The notes beneath the pieces are model-generated. The model saw nothing but the letters and a program-made list of their open reading frames with translations. It did not search any database and was not told the DNA's origin. Shown here in pieces: positions 1 through 13,199 of a stretch of 64,000 nucleotides of DNA. Positions within the stretch are counted from its first letter, which is position 1. Every line of letters starts with the position of its first letter. Location: NCBI RefSeq assembly GCF_009914755.1, contig NC_060932.1; one strand, 5' to 3'. The stretch comes from the human T2T-CHM13v2.0 reference genome, Homo sapiens. The translations under genes were made by a program, and so were the position numbers.

Positions 1-129
1 TCACAAGTCATTGGTTAGTAACATTTTCAAATATATTCAACTCAGTTTTCTCTTCCAAGATCTAGTCCCATAAACTTATATGTTTACTAAACCTCTCTAC
101 TCAAATTCATGTTCAAAATTGAGCTTATC

Positions 130-545
130 ATCTTTTCTCTTGACCTAATCTTGGACTTTTTAACATTTCTTTTCTCTCCAGTGAAATGACTCTACTACCT
201 TTCTCTACAATTTCTTCCAGACAGTTATAATTTGAAGTGTGATGGATGCTATAGTGTCTCCTTTTTTTTTTTTTTTTTAACAGTGAGACACCTCTTCCTC
301 TATTTAATCCTCTGCACAGCATCCCACAGAAGAAAATATGATCATGGCACCTCTGCTTAAAACCCCCCATGCTGCCAAAATCCAAGGAACTCTTTGCCAA
401 TACATGCATACAGGCACAGGAAAAAATAAATTGGCTATGTCTCAGAAGCCATTTTTTCTGCTGCTCACACAGTCCAAAGAGAGCAGTGTGCCAAATCTCA
501 TCAATCTGTTTGCTCATTAATGAATGATTTATTAAATAAACATTT
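130..545 (+). mobile_element. Degenerate L2 LINE 3' fragment
   Basis: L2-like pyrimidine-rich body ending tgtttgctcattaatgaatga. Confidence 0.45.
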
Positions 546-1699
546 CATGGATATGCATAAGTATTGTCTTGAAAATTCATAGCAGGTTCCAATAGCACAT
601 TTTTCATCTTGGCTCCAAGCTAGCTTCTCTAATCTTCCTTTTCTGGGGCTATGAATACTTTCACTAACTTTTCCTTTCCAGATTTCTTTCACTTATGTTT
701 GTATCAATCACTGCCTAGGTCAGATCTCATAAGTATAATTTGGTGTATATAACTACATAAATCTGACCTTTTTGAATGTGATGAGATGCAGAAATTTCCA
801 AGCCAAGCATTATTTACATAGAATTTAGGAAACTTTACTGCATCTTAGGTTAATGGTAAATTTATTTCAACAATTATCATGTTGGTAAAAAACATTATCT
901 AGTTATCTGAGGATTTTCTTTTATGGTCATATATAATTCACAAAATAAATAACCCAACCTATGAGAAGCAATAATTTCTCCCATGTATACAATTGTAAAG
1001 GGTAGTTTATTATAAGTAGTAGCGATGCATTCCATGGCAGGATATATAAACATTAAATATTTAGGAAGTATAGTAGCAAGATTTTATTTATTTGTTTTGC
1101 ATGCATACCTAGAGATGGTGATAGCAACTTACATTTCATCCTTACAGTGACTAGGTGTGATAGCAAGAAAGAAGGTAATTGTATCCCGATTTTACAGATG
1201 AGGACACTGGTGCCAACATATTAATAGATCAGTTTAAATTTTTACAGTTTGAAGAAAAGTGTTCCTTATTGAGCTTCTTATTTTATGCATTTCCTATTGA
1301 ACACTGCCTTTGTGAAAGCTCTAAAGTATTATCTATCTTTGGTTTCATTATGAATTGTTTTCAAGAAAAATAAATGTTTTGTGTCTTAATGGTGTGTTCA
1401 GTAAGGCATATGATTTAGGTGACTGCAACACAGGGAATAATCTAGAAAATTACTCAAATCCAATATTTGTGTACAGATGAAAATTTTTAGTTTTGCAGAC
1501 TGCCACATTTGTAGGCCTATATATTCTGAGATTGTTCGTATCTTCTCATCAAGTTTTTCTCTTACCAGAAGGTGGATGGTGGAAGTTTGGTATGGGGAGC
1601 AGAGGATCCCTTCTTTTGCAAGGAAAAAAACCTACCTAGGGCTGACTTGTCTATTACTACCAGTCCTTCAAAGTTCATATTCTGTCACAGTAATTTTAG

Positions 1700-1998
1700 T
1701 TTATTTTTATTTTCATTTTTTGAGACAGGGTCTCACTTTGATCCTGAGACTAGAGTGCAGTAGCATGAGTATAGCTCACTGCAACCTCAAACTCCTGGGC
1801 TCAACCAATCCTCCTGCCTCAGCCTCTGGATTAGCTGGGACTACAGGCATGTGCCACTCTACCTGGCTAATTATTTTCATGTTTTGTAGAGACAGGGTCT
1901 CCCTTTGTTGCCAGGCTGCTCTCGAACTCCGGCTCAGGTGATCCTCCTGCTTCGGCCTCCCAAAGTGCTGGGATTACAGGAGTGAGTCACTGCGGGCC
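1700..1998 (-). mobile_element. Alu SINE (AluJ-like)
   Basis: Reverse-complement Alu: T-tract, gagacagggtctcact...ctcctgggctcaa...cctcccaaagtgctgggattacagg. Confidence 0.95.
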
Positions 1999-2399
1999 TC
2001 ACTATGATTTTTGTAAAACGCCAAGCCTTTACAAATTGATACACATACTGCTTTTATTGCAGCATGTGTAAAATTTGCTTAGGGATTTACTTAAAAAAAT
2101 AACTTTTAAACTACAATGCTTAAGAAATCGATGTTTAGTCTTGTTAACATTTGCTACCTCCAAAATATCTGCACAAATAATAGTGATATTTTAAAGGCCT
2201 AAAACACTAACTTAACTGATGGACAAAGAGTACATTACTTATAAATACAATCTAAAAAGCCATAGTACCAAATTGATATAGTCTTTTCTTTGAGTAACTT
2301 GTGTTCAGCAGGATTGATCAAAGCCAGAGAAGAATTATGCATAAGTACAACTACTACTTATTCAATACTACACACTTTGTATTTATTAACTTTGCTCCT

Positions 2400-2555
2400 T
2401 AATACCATCCTGCAAACTTATTATTGTTTCCACTTTCACATATAGAATCCTGAATGTCAGGGAAGTTAAGTAACTTGGAGAGTATCAAATAGCTAGAAAC
2501 TGGTGGAGCTGGGATTCAAGCCCAAGTGTATATGGATTTGGTTCTTAACTCCATG
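2400..2555. mobile_element. MIR SINE fragment
   Basis: MIR core-like gggaagttaagtaacttg...gctgggattcaagcccaag. Confidence 0.6.
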
Positions 2556-3096
2556 GCGTTTCTTCCTTGCTCGAAGAGCAGCCAACGTTCTCCTAATGAA
2601 ATACTTCTTTGAACAACGTAGGTTTCTGAGGGCAGGGTTGCTGTAGCAGAAGTTGGCAATTTTATGTCACTGATGTTTCACCTTTTATCTTTGCTTGCTC
2701 AAACTGCTCAAGCAAAAAGAATAAATCTCAGATAGTTAAGAAAGAATTGACCATTATTTCAACACAGGGGTTATGTTCTCTGATTCTTCACAGCAAGAGT
2801 GAATGATGGTTTCATGGATAATGTCTCCAAAGAAATATGCCCAAGTAACTCATTGCGATGAAAATAAAATATTGGGAATTATGAAATTAGAGAGTCAAGA
2901 AAGCATTTTTAAAAACTTGTGACATTGATTCAACTCTATGGTTGTAGTCCTTTAAAAACAGTGCAGCCTTAGAGGGAGGCACCTATCATCACAGGTCTTT
3001 GAGATGAAAGTGTAAGAGAAGTTATAGAAGCTTCCAAGAACCAAATAATATCACTGAGCCAAAGAAATGCAGCTTGCTTGAGAGTAAAGGTACCTT

Positions 3097-3517
3097 TGTA
3101 TGTTAGGCCGTTTTTGCATCACTCTGAAGAAATATCTGAGGCAGAGTAATTTATGAGGAAAAGAAGCTTAATTGGCTTATGGTTCTGTAGGCTGTATAAG
3201 CATTGCACCAGTATCTGCTCTTGGTGATGGCCTCAGTAAGCTTCCAATCATGGCAGAAGGCAAAGGGAAAGCAGGCACATCACATGGCAAGAGTGGGATC
3301 AAAAGGGAGAGGGAAGGGGAAGGTCCCAGACTCTTTTAAACAACCACATCTTGCATGAACTGAGTGAGAACTCACTTGTCACCAAGGGAATGGTGCTAAG
3401 CCATTCATGAGGAATTTGCCCTTGTGATCCAATCACCTCCCACCAGACCCTACCTCCAACACTGGGAAACACATTTCAACATGAGTTCCAGAGGGGACAA
3501 ACATCCAAACCATATCA
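3097..3517 (-). mobile_element. MaLR solo LTR (MST-like)
   Basis: tgtatgttaggccg...ttccaatcatggcagaaggcaaaggg...atccaatcacctcccacc...aaaccatatca, with TG...CA ends. Confidence 0.9.
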
Positions 3518-3703
3518 CCCTGTAAGGAGTCTCTGAAAGAGTTAAAGGAAGTAAAGATAAAGAAGTACTGCTGGATAACTATTTTTTTCTTATCGTTAAA
3601 AAATAGTTTCAAAAGGCTTTTGACCTAGTATACAGCTATTTGAAAAACGTAGTAACTGTGGAATAGAAAATAGAGGCTTTCATGAATTAAAAACTAGCTA
3701 TGA

Positions 3704-4010
3704 GACAACATTGGATGAACCCTATCATGAAAAGAGAAATATTGTATGATTCCACTAAAGCAGTCTAAAGTACTTAAAATAGTCAAATTTATAAATCAAA
3801 GAGTAGAATGGTGGTTGCCAGGGACTGAGGGGTATGAGAAATGGGGAGTTATAAACAAGGGACATAAAGTTTCAGTTAAGTAATAGGAGTAAGTTCTAGA
3901 GATCTGCTGCACAACATTATACCTATAGGCAACAATACTGTATTGTGCACATAAACATTTGTTAAGATAGTAAACCTCATGTTTAGTGTTCTTACCACAA
4001 TAAAATAAAA
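3704..4010 (+). mobile_element. Old L1 3' end fragment (L1MA/L1MB-like)
   Basis: gagtagaatggtggttgccaggg...ttctagagatctgctgcacaac...accacaataaaataaaa. Confidence 0.85.
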
Positions 4011-4216
4011 GCTGGTTTTGAGATAGGAAGCAAAGAGTTGAAATAACTAGCCAGTGCTCAGCACAAACAAAGGCTATTATTGGGTGGAAGAGGGATCAGT
4101 TTATGGATAGGGATCAGTTCCTATGCTGATGAGCAACCTAGCAAAGCCAGCACAGTAGGCTGAGGAATGAAATTTCTTCTAGACAATAAAGAGAAATTTT
4201 GATGAATCCCATAAGG

Positions 4217-4556
4217 CAGTGGTCTCCAACCTTTTTGGCACCAGGAACTGGTTTAATGGAAGACAGTTTTTCCACAGACGGAGTGGTCAGGTGTAGATGG
4301 TTTGGGGATGAAACTGTTCCACCTCAGATCATCAGGCATTAGATTCTCACAAGGAGCACACGACCTAGATCCCTTGCATGTGCAGTTCATAATAGGGTTC
4401 ATGCTACTGTGAGAATCTAATGCTGCCTCTAATCTGATGCGAGGTGGAGCTCAGGCGACAAGGCTTGCTTGCAGGAGCTCACCTCCTGCAGCATGGCCCG
4501 TTCCTAACAAGCCACGGACCAGGAGCGAGCCACAGCCGCAGGGTTAGGGACCCCTG
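4217..4556 (+). mobile_element. MER1B-like hAT-Charlie DNA transposon, apparently full length
   Basis: Terminal inverted repeats cagtggtctccaacc / ggttagggacccctg; 340 bp; 8-bp target-site duplication ccataagg (4209-4216) / ctataagg (4557-4564). Confidence 0.9.
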
Positions 4557-5489
4557 CTATAAGGACTTAAATCTAGATAATTGGGCAACTGGTTGATAGA
4601 TGGAAACACAAGTTTATACTGAAATTATCCTCACAAAAGGTTGATCTTTTAATTTCAAAACAATCAGAAATGAAATAGATTCTTAAATGGAGAAATACAA
4701 TAGGAATTAGTAAATTTAAGAAAAAACATTTTAATAAAAGCACTTTAAAATATAAGACATTAAGAAGATGTATAAGTAATTTATTGAAACTAATTTATAT
4801 CAGGAACGTATTAAATTCTTTTGAGGCCCCATTACACCGAGGTCATAGATGACTCAAGAAGCAGAAAGAAGTGATCACAAATTCCTGGCTGAGGAGGCCC
4901 CAGGAGATAGTACTCCCTTACTATATAAAAATAACTTCTGGGTAAAAACAGACAGGGCAGGGCAAAGGAGCTTTACTTTTCCAGAAAATAAAAAATTACA
5001 AATCCAGCCCCATTCAGATAATTGACACTGGAGCATCCAATGCACTTCAATCTATTACTGCCTGGAAGAAATAATTTAAGAGAAAGCACTACAGGTCAAC
5101 AAAGATGATGTTGCTTGGTTACTCAAAACCATATGGTAGCATGCTGAGTTGCTCAGCTTTTTAGAAGAGCAGTCTTTGTATCCGCATAGGAAAAGGATGG
5201 AGAAGACCACTTGAAATCATTTTGAATTGTGAACTTGCTTTATCTGAACACACTGACTTGACTTTTGCAATGCCAAGACAAGTTCAGAGGGCATTGTTAA
5301 AATATCAACTACTAAGATAATAATAAATGTTGAATTTTATGTATTCTTCTAAATATTAAGCTTGTTATGATGAATTTGCTTTGAAGCGATGTGAGCTATT
5401 TTTTTTTTTTTAGGAGGAAAATAATTTAGTTTTCAGGCTGCCTGGCCCAGGAGTCCTGAGGGATGCCTAGAGGCAGTGCTGTCCAGCGG

Positions 5490-5700
5490 GGAGGTACAGA
5501 GCTTTGGAGTCAGACACTCATTCAAATCTCACTTCTGCTGCCCTGTGCCTTTAGAAAAAGTTAAACTGTCTGAGCTTTGATATCTCATCTCTTCCATAAA
5601 CACAGTGATTTTTTGCTGTTGCAGATTACTTTGAGGATTAAGTAAGGAAATGCAGGATACATGCCTAGCACCTAACAAGTTTCCAAAAATGATCATTAGT
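5490..5700. mobile_element. MIR SINE
   Basis: agagctttggagtcagac...ttcaaatctcacttctgc...gaggattaag. Confidence 0.6.
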
Positions 5701-6659
5701 TTATAATTAGAGCACTGCTAATATCTTTTATTGTATTCATAGGCTCTAAAATATCCTTTTACAGTTAGTCACATAGCTCCAGTAGAAGTGGGAGAAGCTT
5801 CAAAAGTAAAACACAAAAGGCATGGCTAGAGGGGTTGTGGTGTGAAGGTTGACACTTGTGAACTCTATCATAGAATTTAGTCTTTTTATGCAATTTAAAA
5901 AAAAGTAAGAGTTGGGCTTATTGTAAATGAAAATAACATGGGATTCATAATGCTGCATAGGAATACAGAAAATGTTTTTCTTCGCCTTTACTATTTTACA
6001 CCAGTTGGCTTAATATTTACTCTGGTGGTATATATTTTATTTTATGTGCTAAACATTTTGTAAGAATAGTACTATACTTTATTGTTTAATGCATTAGCAA
6101 ATTATTGGGAGGAGGTGAGATGTGGAGGTTTTGCAGGCAAATAGTATTAGTACTATGCTTGGCAACTTGAACATATATCCATTATTTTAAAAATTCCAGT
6201 TGCCTCTAAACTTGTGCTGAATGCATCCCAAATTTTGCCCATGGCTGTTGCAATCATCTAGTACAGGTTAAATTTATTCCGATATCTGAATCTTATAATT
6301 CTCTGCATAAATATCTAGATTGTTAAAAAATTAAAATTCCAAATATATCCCTGGCCATGAGATTTGTATGGATTATAGTTTTGCAAAATTGTTATCCCAA
6401 TTAGCCGGGGCGGGGGGCGGGTAGGAGCGGAAGATTTGCCAGATGGGAACTTGATGATTTTTGAACTGAGATTAAATACCTGAAAGTTGTCAGTTTACTT
6501 ACCAGAATAAATATTGCTTGTACAGGGAAGGAAAAGGTAGAAAGGAGTAATGAGTTGGAGACTCATTATGGAGAGGCTTAGGGGTAGGTGTGGCAATAAA
6601 AGGTAGTGAGAGAGAGGGCTGTGAGAACTTTCATTCTTAACGATTAAAAGGAATTGACC

Positions 6660-6947
6660 AGCCAGGCGCGGTGGTTCAAGCCTGTAATTCCAGCACTTTG
6701 GGAGGCCGAGGTGGGCAGATCACAAGGTCAGGAGTTCAAGACCAGTTTGGTCAACATGAAGAAACCCCATCTCTACTAAAAATACAAAAATTAGCTGGGC
6801 ATGGTAGTGCGTGGCTATAATCCCAGCTACTTGTGAGGCTGGGGCAGGAGAATTGCTTCATGAACCGGGACCCAAGGAGGTGGAGGTTGCAGTGAGTCAA
6901 GATCGCGCCACTGCACTCCGGCCTGGGTTACAGAGCGAGACTCCATT
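6660..6947 (+). mobile_element. Alu SINE (AluS-like), no poly-A tail
   Basis: gccaggcgcggtgg...cagcactttgggaggccgagg...ctactaaaaatacaaaaattag...gagcgagactcca. Confidence 0.95.
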
Positions 6948-8109
6948 TAAGGAATGGGAACCTTAAACATTTTGGCATTAATCTTGGTTTTTGTAGATGT
7001 AACCATTTGGGTTACGCTAAAGAAATAGGTGATTAGCAGAATTCAGGCCTGAACGAGAATGACAAAAATGAACGCTAGAAATAAATGCAGAATCAAAAAA
7101 AGGAAAGCTACTTTCCTTTGAAATCCATAGGATTTCAAAACTATAGTTCAATGTATCATTGTGGTTAAGAGAACTATCCCTGAAATAAAACTGTGTGGGT
7201 TCAAATCCCAGCTCCATCACTTGCTATGGGTGTCATAATGCAAATAAAGATATCATTCAGTACTTGGCACAGAGCAGATATTCTGTAAAATGTTGTTGTT
7301 GATGGCGATTGGGATGATCAATACACTATTCCACAGAAAATGATGTTGATCACTCCCACATTGTGTTAATAAAAATAGCGTAATTTGGCATAATTTTCAA
7401 ATGTGTGATTATCACCAAATTGACAGGATAGAGTAGAATACTGGATAAACTAAGTCAATGGCATTTTTTAAAAATACTATTAAAACAACGAAGGTCAGGG
7501 GCTGGAGAACACAAATTAGTAATCTAATTAAATTACCAGCAAAAGAGACAAATCGTGTTAACAGCAGTCAGATTTGTTATTACAGACCAGTTATTAAAGT
7601 GACATATTGTAAGATGCTATGTATCATTACTAGGTTTTAAACATTTTCATTTTACACAGGCAGAAAAATATAGATTCATCATTTCATTTTGTAAGTCAAA
7701 AGCTCCTTTATTAAAATATTTATATTATTTGTATGAAGAGATAAACATTATTGAGGATCTAAACATTCTTTTATGAAATTATTTGTACAAGTAGCTCTCA
7801 TTGGAGCAGTCTCTAAGTGCCACATGACCTAATTTGTAAGATTAAACAACAGTTGCTGATTTTGACATTTTGTACATTTCATTAAATCACTATCAAATGA
7901 AGTAACTTTAATATGGCACCAAATTATTATTTGGTTATATTTTATATTCAAGGAACATACATATGTTATGAAACAGCAGGATTTTCACAGGTCTAGAGAA
8001 AAATTGCTTTCCCCGCAACTTGGTTTCCGGCCTTTGCTAAGACTAGGAAAACCTTTACAGGCTCCCAAATATTGTGGTATTACAACTAGATACATTGAAA
8101 ATTTGACAG

Positions 8110-8330
8110 ACTTTTATACGAGACAGACAAGGGTTTCATTCCAGGCCATTGGTTTCTAACTTTGTGACCTGAGGCAAATTACTTTAACCTCTTTAAGCTC
8201 TAGCTTCTTGATTTGTAAAAGAAGGATTAATAATTGCCTCATTATGTTATTGTGAGGATTACACGATGGTTTCTATACAAATAGCTTATCACAGTACCTG
8301 GCAGAGATATGAACTCAATAATTTGTCATT
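8110..8330. mobile_element. MIR SINE
   Basis: tgtgacctgaggcaaattactttaacctct...tgtaaaa...ttgtgaggatta...acagtacctggca. Confidence 0.7.
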
Positions 8331-10468
8331 TTATTTTTATTTTCATTAATCTTTAAGGAATAGCAGTTATTTGGTCAAAGTCACCTAGGTACTACTGACA
8401 TTCATTTTGAACAAGTCTATATGATACGTTGAAATGTGTATGTGGGGGTAGTGGTAGAGATTTTCTGAAAAATTATGTTGATTCTTCACTAGAAAAAAGA
8501 GAAATGGTTTTTACATGCACACACATAGAGAGAGAGAGAGCAGGGAGTATTATCTGCATTTGTGTTATCTGTGGTATAGTTGACAGAGCTCTGAATTTAG
8601 AGTCCTGAAGCTCTGGGAAGCTACAAGAAAATTCTCATCTTCAGATTCATCTGTTTTAGGATATAGGATGTAGGTTAGTATTTTGTATCAAAGTGTCTTA
8701 AGTGACTGATGTCTTACTCTGTCCTTACTTGAGAATCTGTGAAATGAAAAGCTGCATTTGAACAACTCAAAATTTATCGGGGAAACATTACTTGGACCAT
8801 GTAAAAATTAACACATCATGATAAGTGCTGAAACATACATGTAAGCTAATCATCATGGGTGCACAGAGGAGGTTTCACGTGCTTTTGGTTCTGAGGGAAG
8901 AATAGGAGGCTCACAGAGGAAGACCAAAAAGGTATTCAAAGTCAAAAGAACCACGTTAATCAAGGCATAACTTTATAAGAAGTTGTCAAGAGAAAAAAGG
9001 TGGACTTCTTGAGTGACATGTAGGATGTCAATTAAGGCTGTGATTTATTTGGAAGCTACTTGTGGATTTATAAGTAAAGACTGAGAATAAATTTTTTCTT
9101 TCATGATGAATTTAACATAATGGTTTTTTTAGTGGGGGGGGGCACTGAGTGTTTATTATGATTGTATTGTTTTTAAATAGATTACTACTAAAGGCCAAAG
9201 GTTTTATACGCAGCAGGAAAGACAATTAGTAAATGCAATAATAGTGCCTTGGTATGCACTTCTATTTTCCAGGTTAATTGTTTGTTTAATTAAAGCCTTC
9301 AGAATCAACCAGAGATGCTATTGCTAGAAATAGTAAATAAACATGATTTCCTTTGGCAGTTAAGAATTATGTGACCATTTTTTTTAACTTCTTGATAACA
9401 ATCTGGTCTTTTCAGACTTTAAAGACTATATCATGTTACACCTTTAGTTGTATTATTTTCTATTACTGTTACTATTTACATAATTCTATCTTCATTTTAT
9501 GCATGAGGGGCTTGAGGTTTAGCGAGGCTAAGTAATTCACCCATACCTAGAAGTGATGGCGAAATGATTTGTACTCAAGATTCTATTTTCTAAAAAGATG
9601 ACTCCTGAGATTTTATGAGGGATTGGATTGGAAAGACAGGGAATTTGAGGCATATAGACTATTACAGAGGCTGCTGAAACGGTCAGGAAAGAGAAGAAGA
9701 CAGAGGGAATAGAGAGCACCCATGATAAGAGACTTGGTAAAATGGAATCAACAGCAGGTGGTGACTTGCTGTGGAGAAGGAATGAGATGTCGAAGGAAAT
9801 TTCTGAGGTCTAGTTGTTTTGTTTATTCCATAGGTTCCCCTACAATAGAGTGCAAAAAGGAATCACGCAGTTAGTTGACAATAATGACTTGTGTTTGGTG
9901 TTGAGTTTTGTAAACCAAGACATTGTTGGCACTTTTGCTCTAAAGCTCAAATGAAAGATGAGAATAAAGATGTGGATTTGCTGATGACTTGGACTTATTC
10001 TTCAGGTGCCCCCTCCAGTGCCTGATGTTTGCTTTGGCACATCAGCTATCATATACAGTAATGATATTTTTTCTTTTCTTTTTGGTAACTTATCAGAGAA
10101 GTAAAAGTATGCTCATAATTTATGTAATGTGCTATTGTCACTATAACACATAATCCTATAACATATAGGCTTGGCCAAATAGTCCAATGACAAAAATCAT
10201 GATGAGCCTTTCCTGCTCCCATATTTTCTCTATCAGTGTGTTTGTTCTGTGCTGCTAATACTTAAGAATTAAATCTAATCCTATCACTCCCTGGGCTCAT
10301 TTTGCCAGCTGCTGCTCACTAGGATATAATGTGTGCTGGAGACTCACCTGAGCTTCACCTGATACTTATCTCTCCTGACTGCCAAATTTTGGGTTCTTGT
10401 AATATTAGCCATGATGAGAGAGCTGGATATGGCATGCTGATTACCTTTCACTCTGATGTCTTCTGCAG

Positions 10469-10537
10469 AAACTGCCTCATTGGGAGCCAGGACTTGTGAT
10501 GATGATCTTACAGAGCAGCAGTTGAGATCGACCTCAG
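10469..10537 (+). CDS. ZFHX4: ZFHX4 internal coding exon, 69 nt, phase 1-1 (probably exon 5); not in ORF track
   Basis: Acceptor tcttctgcag|aa and donor tcag|gtaatg; reads (E)TASLGARTCDDDLTEQQLRSTS(E) and joins the next exon in frame. Confidence 0.9.
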
Positions 10538-10714
10538 GTAATGGTTCCTACTCCTTCTCAAAATATTTCCTTGTCCTAAATGAGTTGCTTTTGTTACTCT
10601 CATAATTGATGGAATAAACATTCTCTGGAACTTCTCTAATTAGATCTGATCATATGCCTTATTCAAATAAGTAAAAAGCAAAATGAAATAAATTCAATAA
10701 TTGGAAGTATATGT

Positions 10715-12110
10715 AAATTGACTTTACATTTTAGAGCAGTTTTAGGTTCACAGCAAATTTCCCCAATACCCTCTCCCCTGACACATGTATAGCCTCCTTC
10801 ATTATCACTGCCCTCCCCACCAGAGTGGTACACTTGTTCAGTGATGAATCTATATTGACACAACATTATCACTTGAAGACTGTAGTTTTCATTAGGGATT
10901 ACTCTTGGTGTTGTACATTTTATGGGTGTGGACAAAAGCATAGTGACATGGATCCATCGTTATAATATCATATAGAACAGTTTCACTTCTCTATAAATCT
11001 TCTGTGCCAGTCTATTCATTGTTTCCACCTCCTTGACCCCTGTAAACCAGTGATCCTTTATGGTCTCTATAGTTTGACTTTTTCCAGAATGTCATATAGT
11101 TGGAATCAAACAGTATGTAGTTTTTTTTAGATTGGTTTCATTCACTTAGTAATATGCATTTAAGTTTTCTCTATGTCTTTACATGGCTTGATAGTTTATT
11201 TCCTTTTAGTGCTGAATAATATATATATATCATTGTCTTCATATGTCACAGCTTATTTATCCACCTACTGAGAACATCTTGGTTGATTCCAAGTTTTGGC
11301 AATTACGAATAAAACTACTATGAGCATCGGTGTCCAGGCTTTTGTGTGGACATAAATTTTCAACTCCCTTTGATAAATGCCAAGGAGTACAATTACTAGA
11401 TTGTATGATAAGAGCATGTTTAGTTTTGTAAAAACCACCAAACTGTCTTCCAAAGTGGTTGTACCATTTTGCATTCCCACCAGCGATGAATGAGAGTTCC
11501 TGTTGCCCCACATCATCACCAGCATTTGATGTTGTCAGTGTTCTGGATTTTGGCCATTTTCATAGGTGTGTAGTTGTATCTCATTGTTGTTTTTATTTGC
11601 ATTTCCCTGATGACATGTGATGTGGATTTTTTCATACATGTAATCTTTCATATGCCTATTTGCCATCTGTGTATCTTCTTTGGTGTGGTGTCTGTTAAGG
11701 TCTTTGGCCAATTTTTTAATTGAATTGTTTATTTGCTTGTAAGAGTTGTAAGAGTTCTTTGTATATTTCAGATGACAGTCTTTATCAGATATGTATTTTC
11801 CAAATCTTTCCTTCCTGTCTGTGGCTTGTCTCATTATTTTCCAACAGTATCTTTCAAAGAGCAAAAATTTTAATTTTAATGAAATCCAACTTATCAATTC
11901 TTTCTTTCATAGATTATGCCTTTAGTGTGGTATCTAAAAAATTGTTGCCAAACCCAAAGTCATCCAGATTTTCCCTTATGTTATCTTCTAGGAGTTTTAT
12001 AGTTTTGTGTTTTGCAGTTAGGTCTGTAACCCATTTTGAGTGAATGTTTCTGAAGGATATAAGGTTTGTGTCTGGACTCTTTTTTTTTTCTTTTTTGTGG
12101 ATGTTTGTAG
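10715..12110 (-). mobile_element. L1 (L1MB/L1MC-like), 3' UTR plus ORF2 3' end, degenerate
   Basis: Minus-strand ORFs 11257-11897 resemble the L1 ORF2 C-terminus (AKDLNRH..KED..MANRHMK; AGGNAKWYNHFG; FVIAKTWNQPRC). Confidence 0.92.
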
Positions 12111-12338
12111 CTTCTTAAAGAATAAGTTAAAACTTCTGCTAATAATTTTTCACATCGATATTTATGCACTATGAAACTTCACCTAAATTATAGGTTTTAT
12201 ACAAAGTATATATTAATAAGCTGGATATTATTTTTCACAAGTCAAAGAGCCTAGTTGATGGAGTTATTTTTGGTAATTATTGAATTCATTGGATTTTGTA
12301 TAGTTATGTCAACATATCCTCTAATCCTTTTGCTTTGG

Positions 12339-12350
12339 TGTATATATATG

Positions 12351-12390
<40 letters not shown>

Positions 12391-12402
12391 TTCATACATA
12401 TA
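12339..12402. repeat. (TA)n microsatellite
   Basis: Visible TA run with TG interruptions. Confidence 0.95.
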
Positions 12403-13199
12403 TTTGTTAAAAATGGCAGTTACACCTTCTTAGCTGCATTATATTCAGATAATTTAAAAGGAAATTCACTCCTACTACTACAACACAGCTCATTTATTTC
12501 TGCTATATATTTCTGCTATATAAATATGACCCCAGTTTCCAGATTTATCCAGCTGGAATAATAACCTGCTATATAGAACAATAAATGATTACCAAAGTCC
12601 TTTGCATTCACAATGGTATATTGGAATACTTAAAATAAAAACAATTTTGCAAGTGAAAACATCCCTTCCATATAAAGTCAGGACATTCCTCATAAAAAAT
12701 TCCAGCTTCAAAGTTAAGTTTACGTTTACCTATGCATGTCTCATCAATACTTTTTAAAATCTTATTTTCTCCTAAAAATCTAGAGAACATATTTAATATG
12801 AAATAGAATAAACCTACTCTCCCTCCCCCACCTCAAACCAATGAAAAGATTTCATTAATGACCCAGCAGTGATATGGCAAAAATCAAGAGTTATGGCAAA
12901 CATTTCAAGCTAAAAACAGATTACTTCCTGTCAATATATTTCTTTATTGCTTTGTAAACAAAGACATCAAAATCTACATTATTGCTTCAATCTGTCTGAG
13001 AATCTTTGGACTTAGATATTCCCATACCTTCTGGATGTTTTCATCTAGATGTTCTGTAGTGAGGCTAAATACAACAAATTCCAAATTGAACTTTCTTTTC
13101 TGCAAAACTACTTGTTCTCCTCTTTTCTCCATCTCAATTGATGACATCACACCGTAGACTTAGTTGCACAAATAGTCAAATTAGAAATCATCAGTTTTA

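Noticed and set aside
1477-1941. 154-aa ORF
   Set aside because: Its C-terminal half is translated antisense Alu, a typical spurious ORF.
4091-4120. Short direct repeat agggatcagtt x2
   Set aside because: A single local microduplication with no array structure or evident function.
11257-12169. Several ORFs of 60-120 aa
   Set aside because: Frameshifted fragments of a decayed L1, not a host gene.
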